DNA of 64,000 nucleotides from Candidatus Omnitrophota bacterium (lineage in GTDB: Bacteria; Omnitrophota; Gorgyraeia; Zapsychrales; JANLHA01). The stretch spans positions 268,670 through 332,669 of the forward strand of contig OY759724.1 of NCBI GenBank assembly GCA_963662715.1. Reading direction: 5' to 3'. A model generated the notes under the pieces. That model was not told the DNA's origin, made no database searches, and worked only from the letters and a program-made list of their open reading frames with translations. Every line of letters starts with the position of its first letter. Positions within the stretch are counted from its first letter, which is position 1. Made by a program: the position numbers and the translations under genes. This document shows, one piece after another, positions 57,798-64,000 of this stretch.

Positions 57798-60418
57798 ATC
57801 TGATAAATCTCCTTTCGTCGATTAAAAGCCTCTTTACCACCTTCCATAATATCGACTATTTTCTTCTGTGTGTATGGGCAGTCAATATTCCCTTTATCGA
57901 CATCAATTTTATCATCCGTATAATGACACGCAAAAATACACTCAGAATCGCCAAGTACTGGTATATTCGCATTGTGTGTGGCAAATATAAATTGAGTTCC
58001 TTCCTTTAGTTCCTTTATGAGCTTTATAACATCTTCATAGATTGTCTGATTATCCAAATCATCCTCTGGTTGATCAATCAATATTAAATCGTTGTCTCGT
58101 TGACTTAAAACAAAAAGAATTAATGCCGATGCCCTTTGTCCGAGAGAATGATGTTTTAATTCCTTCCCCCGATAATTAATCGTAAAACGATTAGGTACTT
58201 GCCAAGTAAGCAATTCAATCAAATTATCATTAAAATAACTCTCGAAAATATTTGAGGCTGCCCCTAACATGTCCTTTACTTTTTCGAATTCCTTAAACAT
58301 TGCTCCAAAATCTGCGAACGACTCTGACAAACTTTTAAAGGTGGTTTCTCTAATTTTGCTACCACGAAAGATGTTTTTCATATAATCGACGCATGCGTTC
58401 TTATCTTCTTTAAATTCAACGATAATTTGTAGAGCAGAATGATTTTTATTAACCTTTTCAAGTTCTGCTTGGACTGCGATATATTCTTCATGCCATAAAT
58501 TGTTTAAAGCAGTCAACTCCGTGATTAATTCTGTCTTTAATTTTGCTTGTTGAGTTTGTTGTTTCTCAAGAGCTGTTAACATTTGAGTTGCCTGATCAAC
58601 AATTTTCTTTAATTTTAGGAATTCGTCAGGACGTATTGCTTGTGCACCTTTCTCTTTTAACTCCTCCGAAAGTTTTCTCTCTATCTCAGCAAATTCTTCT
58701 TTAAGACCATTTTTCAGTTTGTCAAATTCTTGCGCACGACTAGTCAAATCATTTATGCCGGAAGTCGCGATTTCAAAAGCCTTTTTAATCTGCTCAAATG
58801 ATTGAATAATTTTTGTATATGATTCAAAATATCTTAAAAAGAAATCTTTGTTGCGCTTTGACTCATAACGGTTTTGACTAACAATTTCATCCTCATAGCG
58901 AGCGATAAAATTTGTCAATGATCCCAAGTAATCCTTTGTTATTTTTAATACCTGTTGTGTTTTTCTACTATCTGCTTCGAAATCAATTTGTTTTTGAAGT
59001 TTATCTTCAACAGAATGTTTCTTGTAAAAATCCAGTTTAAAAACGGCGTCTTTTTTCTTTGCATCATATTCTTTCTTTTTTTCTTCAACATTTTCCAATT
59101 TTTTTAATTGGGCTATAACATCTGCGACTTTTTGTTTCTGTGCTTCAATACGGTTTCTAACACCCGCTAAATGATCTCCAACTAATTTCTCAACAAGGTC
59201 TTTTTCAAATCCTTCGCCTGAACTTGATAAATCCTTTTGTCCAAAATATATAGGCCGAGAAATAATTGTTTCTCGAATAGACACTCCTACCTGAAGAGTG
59301 TCATTAACATATACGTCGGGTTGTTCATTTAAAATGCGACGTATTTCATACTCCTGTCCCCTCCGGTCTACGGCTTTCAATACAACCTTCCCACCACTTC
59401 CCAAAACATGTTGAACTAATTTATTTTTATATACATCATCTACAACTTTGTCACCAAAAGGTATATCTAATGCATATCTTACCGCTTCCAATATTGATGA
59501 CTTCCCACTCCCACGGATACCTATCAAAGAGTTTAATTCGGGAGAGAAATCAATTTCCTTTCCCGCAAGCACACCCCCCTCAAAAGATATACTTTTAACA
59601 AAAGAATGCTTATGTTCAACGGGTTTAGAAGCAACTCTGTTAGCAAAGTCAACTAAGGCATACTTAACAGCGCCAAAATTAAAATCACCAATTTTTATAT
59701 AGCATTTTTCGCCAGATCCTATTGTATCAATAGATTTACAATCTGATCCTTCAACCTCAGCGGGGTACCAATCTCCAAGCCAATTCTGAACCTTGACTCT
59801 ACATACTCTATCTTTTTCAGCCTCGTGTGTACGCACTTTTTGAAAAGCCAGTGTTTTTTCTTTAAATTGTTCATTTCTCCCCAGCTCTTGAATGCGTCCT
59901 CCCGAAAGACTTCCCCATAAACCATTGTCTGCCTCGACATGAGCAAAAATGAGAAAGTAATCCCTTTCAAATTTATCTAATTCACGAATCGTCTCTAATA
60001 AATCATGATTTGATCTAGCATTTTCGTTATCATAATTAGGTTGTCCAGAAAAAGTAACATTTAAGAAGTCATTAATATAGTTTTTATTCTCAGTGTTGCA
60101 TATCCAATCATCATTAAAGACAACAAGAGCATGAACACCTGCCTTGCCATCTTTTACTGAAAGCTCTATTCCAGGCAATAAAAATATTTCTTCTTTCAAA
60201 GCGCTTTTTCTTAAGGCTTTAAACTCATCTAGATCAAATTTATTATGATTCGTAATTATTCCCAAACGAATGCCATTATTTTTTAATGCAACAACATATT
60301 CATTTATGAAATTATTTTTATCTCCCTCGCAGGTGAATTCTTTATCTTTAATCGTGTGCAAGTGAAAGTCAGCACGAATCCAAGTAGAACCATATTTTAA
60401 CAAATTAATATCACTCAT
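57776..60418 (-). CDS. PHP-domain phosphoesterase fused to SMC/Rad50-like ABC ATPase (defense-like)
   Basis: 880 aa. N-terminal PHP motifs (WIRADFHLHT, ITNHNKF, FAHVEADNG); Walker A IGIRGSGKSSILEAV; ~400 aa coiled-coil-rich insertion; C-terminal signature-like LGQRASALILFVLSQ, Walker B LILIDQPEDDLD, H-loop FIFATHNANI. Confidence 0.7.
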   Translation of the reverse strand: MSDINLLKYGSTWIRADFHLHTIKDKEFTCEGDKNNFINEYVVALKNNGIRLGIITNHNKFDLDEFKALRKSALKEEIFLLPGIELSVKDGKAGVHALVVFNDDWICNTENKNYINDFLNVTFSGQPNYDNENARSNHDLLETIRELDKFERDYFLIFAHVEADNGLWGSLSGGRIQELGRNEQFKEKTLAFQKVRTHEAEKDRVCRVKVQNWLGDWYPAEVEGSDCKSIDTIGSGEKCYIKIGDFNFGAVKYALVDFANRVASKPVEHKHSFVKSISFEGGVLAGKEIDFSPELNSLIGIRGSGKSSILEAVRYALDIPFGDKVVDDVYKNKLVQHVLGSGGKVVLKAVDRRGQEYEIRRILNEQPDVYVNDTLQVGVSIRETIISRPIYFGQKDLSSSGEGFEKDLVEKLVGDHLAGVRNRIEAQKQKVADVIAQLKKLENVEEKKKEYDAKKKDAVFKLDFYKKHSVEDKLQKQIDFEADSRKTQQVLKITKDYLGSLTNFIARYEDEIVSQNRYESKRNKDFFLRYFESYTKIIQSFEQIKKAFEIATSGINDLTSRAQEFDKLKNGLKEEFAEIERKLSEELKEKGAQAIRPDEFLKLKKIVDQATQMLTALEKQQTQQAKLKTELITELTALNNLWHEEYIAVQAELEKVNKNHSALQIIVEFKEDKNACVDYMKNIFRGSKIRETTFKSLSESFADFGAMFKEFEKVKDMLGAASNIFESYFNDNLIELLTWQVPNRFTINYRGKELKHHSLGQRASALILFVLSQRDNDLILIDQPEDDLDNQTIYEDVIKLIKELKEGTQFIFATHNANIPVLGDSECIFACHYTDDKIDVDKGNIDCPYTQKKIVDIMEGGKEAFNRRKEIYQIWKLQNS

Positions 60419-60449
60419 ATATTCCTCCTCGATAATAGAAAATTTTCAT

Positions 60450-61055
60450 TCAAAGTATTGCATCAAGCCATGTTTGGATTAACGGTTTGATACGACAAAT
60501 TTGCGCATATTTTAACAGCTTTTCTATATTGCGGTTTTTCTGTTTTAAATATTCAGACAAACCTTCTTTTGCGATGTCCACTCCTAATTTATTTCTATAT
60601 CTAAAACAGTCGCAAATGGTTTTTTCCATACAATATATACGTACAGGATTATCTTTTATTTTTATCTCAACGATTCCAGACTGAAACTGTTTCTGAGAAA
60701 AATAATAAAATTCTACAGGGGGATATGCTAATTTAGGGCGCCATGATTTTCGATAGATGGCAACAGAAATCATAGACGGATTAAAAGTAGTCAACTCATA
60801 ATATGAAAGTGCTGATAACAAACACACTACACTTTCAGGAACGGCTTTTGAAACATCAATAAAACTTTGATTTGAAGTAGATGGTATCTGCGCCAGTTTA
60901 TAAAGTCCATTCTTTACTTTTACGATATTTCCACCTTCAACCATCTCTTTTATTTTACGGGAATGAAATCCGTTAGCCAAAATATCTTTCGACCTTGCAT
61001 ATCCATTATGGCTTTTAAAGATATCTATAATATTATTTTGTTTTTTATTATTCAT
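60450..61055 (-). CDS. AbiEi-like (type IV TA antitoxin-type) transcriptional regulator
   Basis: 201 aa; N-terminal wHTH-like segment typical of the AbiEi_4 domain (IIDIFKSHNGYARSKDILANGFHSRKIKEMVEGGNIVKVKNGLYKL). Lies 32 bp upstream of the PHP-ATPase gene on the same strand. Confidence 0.5.
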   Translation of the reverse strand: MNNKKQNNIIDIFKSHNGYARSKDILANGFHSRKIKEMVEGGNIVKVKNGLYKLAQIPSTSNQSFIDVSKAVPESVVCLLSALSYYELTTFNPSMISVAIYRKSWRPKLAYPPVEFYYFSQKQFQSGIVEIKIKDNPVRIYCMEKTICDCFRYRNKLGVDIAKEGLSEYLKQKNRNIEKLLKYAQICRIKPLIQTWLDAIL

Positions 61056-61476
61056 AAAATTTATATTTCCCTTATGGATAATTTCATCGGCACATTATAA
61101 CAAGTGCCTATGATGATGTCCAGACATTTATTTCCAAAAAATTAAGAGCATTAAAATAAGAATTTTTCTTAAATCCTCTATATATTTATTTTAAGTCTAA
61201 TTATACCAATATGTTATCTGTTCTTATCATAATTGTTCTGCTCTGTAACCATCTGCCAGCCGAAAATTTTGAGGAAAACGTTCTTCATAATGAAAAAATA
61301 ATACGTTAATCGGTGGGATAAAGCAAGGCGGGTTACTTGGAATCAAGACAGGGCAGCTGCCCCCTATTATTTACCCCAATTATTTTTGCAAGTGGCACAG
61401 TTTTTTGGGGGGGCTCCGGAAGTCAATGTGTCTCGGGTTATTCATAACTTAGCGTCCAATTCCTCAATAGTCAGCA

Positions 61477-62436
61477 TTAGCCATAAACATGATTTGATAT
61501 ATCTTCTTCCTTCTTCTGAATGGCGGCAATGGTGTGTTTCGCCTCAAACGCCTCTTTTGACGCGGGGCCAGCTAAGATTTCAATAGCGCAGGCAATATCA
61601 TATTGCTCCTTAAGCTTTTCATGTGCCCAAAAAGTGCTCTTAAAATATAGATCATACTTGCAAAGTGTATCCGCCAAGGGTCGAATCCCCCGTACATCTC
61701 CTATGGACGCCAATGCTCGCGCTGTAATTCCGCACAGGTCTGATGCTTCAGTGGGAACAATCCGGCTCGTAGAACCATCAGCTTGAGGGAATTCCTGCCG
61801 TGGATAAATGAATGATGTGAAGTGCTCGATAAGAACGATAAGGATATCCTCCGCTTGCGGGCTAGCCATCTCTCCAAGGGCGATGACAGCTTCTTTAACC
61901 CCTGTCTCAATATTCGATAAACGACAATGTCCTCTGTATCCATACACCATTTCGTGGACACCGAAAGCTTTTTCTTCGAGAAAGCGTATTATCGTTGGAA
62001 TACAGCGGAGATCGCGAATATGGCCAAATGCTTTAAATATGCAAGATTGGGCAAGCGCGCTGCACTGTGTCACCTGGGCCATCATACACTCCACATCATG
62101 CGGCGAGCCCTTCCCTGAAAGTGATTTTTGTATTGATGCAACAAGTGAATCATAGACTTCATATGACATTTTACCTCTTTTGGAATCAAAACGATCTAGT
62201 GTCCTAATCAATGCCAGGACAATCCGCGGGTCATCCATAGCAGCTAAAGCTGTCGCTGCGTCACAAATAACCTGCCAATTAGGACAAGACAAAGCTCTTA
62301 ACAAACAGCCCGTTCGTTTTTTTAAAGCCCACATATGGACGTCGGCACAGTCCGTTGTGGACAATTGCACCCTCCGAATTGTTTTTATGCAAAACCAGAC
62401 AAAAAACGCACAAATTAAAATTTCGAAAATGATCAT
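61477..62436 (-). CDS. HEAT/PBS-lyase-type repeat protein with N-terminal TM anchor
   Basis: 319 aa; repeated DPR..A...L..IGD..AI..L helical hairpins (DPRIVLALIRTL; VKEAVIALGEMAS; ARALASIGDVRGIRPLADTL). Confidence 0.55.
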   Translation of the reverse strand: MIIFEILICAFFVWFCIKTIRRVQLSTTDCADVHMWALKKRTGCLLRALSCPNWQVICDAATALAAMDDPRIVLALIRTLDRFDSKRGKMSYEVYDSLVASIQKSLSGKGSPHDVECMMAQVTQCSALAQSCIFKAFGHIRDLRCIPTIIRFLEEKAFGVHEMVYGYRGHCRLSNIETGVKEAVIALGEMASPQAEDILIVLIEHFTSFIYPRQEFPQADGSTSRIVPTEASDLCGITARALASIGDVRGIRPLADTLCKYDLYFKSTFWAHEKLKEQYDIACAIEILAGPASKEAFEAKHTIAAIQKKEEDISNHVYG

Positions 62437-62676
62437 AAGAGAATCCCGGTTGTTATAGGGGTTAGCGTGAGCCGCCCTTTATTATTATCTCCTGATTTCC
62501 CAAGGCCTTAGCAATATTTTCCATTACCGTCCTTTTTCGGTACCATCGGTCAGCTGCCGTGGGTGCGGATAAGAACTGCTTTTTATATTGTTTATTTTCA
62601 GCAATTTATAAAAATGTCCTTTTGGTGTTCATCTGCCAGATAGATGAACGCTTATGACTTCGATTCTTATTTTGGC

Positions 62677-63264
62677 CTAAAAAGTGGTCCAGTTTTCTCC
62701 GAGCATTACAGAAATAATGACACCGGGCAAACCATCATCAATCTCTGGATTGACTGGAGTTTCACTCTTTCCTAACTTTACAATCTTTCCATCTGGATAA
62801 ACAACTTTCCCTTTACCTCTCAGATAGACATAGCCTACGCCCTCTAAAAGAACAAAGGTCAGCCTATCTCCCTTTCCTCCTTCACCAATGACAGTAGGCA
62901 GGCCTTCTCCACCCAATCCTCCACCCAATCGAACTTCACCCGCAAAGCGATGAATACTTTTATTTCCCAATAATAATGGCTTCGCGTCCAAAGACTCGAA
63001 ACCATCCCTTGGCATTTCTAAACTGAAGATTAAAGCCTTCCCTCCCAACTTAGATGATATTGTCCCCGCACACGGAGGCCCCTCTTGGGCGTATATCCCT
63101 TTAATCACCAGCCGGTCTCCCGCTCCCTGTTCCAGAATAGAAGATGCAACATAATTTTCTTCCGCTACAATTTGTTCATTGGAAAGGGTTTGTTCTGCGA
63201 TTGCAAATGGATGCAATGAGACAACTGCAATAAAAACAGCCAGTATAAAAAAAGTTTTTTTCAT
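62677..63264 (-). CDS. Secreted hypothetical protein
   Basis: 195 aa; cleavable signal peptide (FFILAVFIAVVSLHPFAIA), Gly-rich beta-like repeats; no family recognised. Confidence 0.45.
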   Translation of the reverse strand: MKKTFFILAVFIAVVSLHPFAIAEQTLSNEQIVAEENYVASSILEQGAGDRLVIKGIYAQEGPPCAGTISSKLGGKALIFSLEMPRDGFESLDAKPLLLGNKSIHRFAGEVRLGGGLGGEGLPTVIGEGGKGDRLTFVLLEGVGYVYLRGKGKVVYPDGKIVKLGKSETPVNPEIDDGLPGVIISVMLGENWTTF

Positions 63265-63471
63265 TGTGCCTTCTTTTTCTTTTTAATTCGGGTTACGGTA
63301 TGTGTCTAGGAATTCGTGCAATTACCTTATCAGGAATGGTCTCTTCAAAGGAGTAAGACATTGGCTCCCGCACATCCCCTCTTGAGAAACGTCCTGTTTG
63401 GTTAAGAAAACATAAATAATCTATGAGTGCAAAAATCATTAATATAATAATTCTTAGATATTAAAAAATCG

Positions 63472-64000
63472 TTATACCCGATCATGGCTTAAAGAATCAT
63501 GAAAGTCCCGCAGAGTTTTAAATTTTTTGCATATATTAGAATTGAATAATTTTTCATGATGAGCAACAAAGTCCTTATTGGAAATGTTGGGGTCAATGAT
63601 GTTTATGATTTTTTTCTTATTTGAAGAACTTTGCCTAATCAAATTATTTAGCTCATTGTCAGAATTCATGAAGCTTTTCCCTACCAAAAACACTTCCTCC
63701 GCTTCTTCAAGTAAAGAATATAATTTTTTTAAGTGTTTGCGGAAGATGTCATATTTTCGATAAGTATATTTTTTTAAGTAATACGGCAAAATTAATGGAA
63801 AAGGTGTTTGTGCCTTTTTATCATTGAGTTTTTTCTGAAACATTTCAGAAGAAACGCCCGGAGACAGCAAATAAACGATTTTTTGGCCATAGCATGTGGG
63901 GTCTGTGAACCAGTTAAATGACCCGTGAATTTTTAGGAGTGTTATGCCATTCTTAGTCCCGACATCATCCGGGAGTACAATATCTGTATAGCCCAAACCA
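63472..64000 (-). CDS. SIR2-like (DHS-like NAD-binding) domain protein, C-terminal part (gene continues beyond window end)
   Basis: The ORF is open to the window edge. The motif LLKIHGSFNW resembles the conserved xLHGS segment of SIR2-family domains found in defense proteins. The N-terminus and catalytic region are not visible. Confidence 0.35.
   Translation of the reverse strand, partial: GLGYTDIVLPDDVGTKNGITLLKIHGSFNWFTDPTCYGQKIVYLLSPGVSSEMFQKKLNDKKAQTPFPLILPYYLKKYTYRKYDIFRKHLKKLYSLLEEAEEVFLVGKSFMNSDNELNNLIRQSSSNKKKIINIIDPNISNKDFVAHHEKLFNSNICKKFKTLRDFHDSLSHDRV

Noticed and set aside
1-64000. CRISPR arrays, rRNA genes, complete tRNA genes
   Set aside because: No regularly spaced short direct repeats with unique spacers, no rRNA-like conserved stretches, and the only tRNA-like sequences are 3' fragments at 25068-25219.

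Overview
Low-GC bacterial chromosomal window of about 64 kb. Two PEP-CTERM sorting-signal proteins are present (one partial at the window start), so the host likely has an exosortase system. Five blocks can be distinguished. (1) 0.3-5.9 kb: surface/secreted proteins and an MBOAT (AlgI/DltB-like) O-acyltransferase with a frameshifted partner gene, a remnant of a second IS3-family element, and a MORN-repeat gene truncated at its 5' end immediately beside the IS insertion. (2) 5.9-7.4 kb: a complete IS3-family insertion sequence (orfA/orfB with an A7G frameshift site). (3) 7.6-23.4 kb: housekeeping genes (ptsI, PAS protein, GH15 hydrolase, GT4 glycosyltransferase, B12-radical SAM, FetAB-like ABC pair, UvrA paralog). 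This block includes a compact cold-shock-type module (DEAD-box helicase, small Zn-ribbon ORF, infA, RRM RNA-binding protein, two CSD genes) and two decayed genes (gpmA 3' fragment, frameshifted DHH/NrnA-like). (4) 23.4-25.3 kb: a junkyard containing a second, truncated IS copy abutting a truncated HUH rolling-circle Rep gene, then two tandem tRNA-3'-end fragments (att-like) with repeated arm-like motifs. (5) 25.3 to about 46.8 kb: an integrative conjugative element, all on the minus strand. It carries a tyrosine integrase, Xis-like HTH, MobC-like RHH protein, TraF-type signal peptidase, VirD4/TraG coupling protein, a relaxase, and a complete VirB/Trb-type T4SS (VirB11, B10, B9, B8, B6, TrbJ/B5, B4, B3, B2 pilin). 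Upstream of the pilin gene lie a SpoVG-like gene, a sigma-70-like factor with direct repeats in its promoter, ArdA antirestriction and an HPr-like fusion protein lacking the phospho-His. Downstream (46.8-55.7 kb) is a lipoprotein-lipoprotein-RHS toxin-immunity operon (2155-aa Sec-signal RHS protein with Ig-like, LamG and YD repeats and a Gly-rich C-terminal tip; extremely AT-rich small membrane immunity candidate), then a PEP-CTERM protein. The last 8 kb looks like a defense island: XRE regulator, AlbA_2/HATPase protein, an AbiEi-like regulator upstream of a PHP-domain plus SMC/Rad50-like ABC ATPase (880 aa), a HEAT-repeat protein, and a partial SIR2-like protein running off the window end. 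No rRNA, complete tRNA or CRISPR array was recognised.
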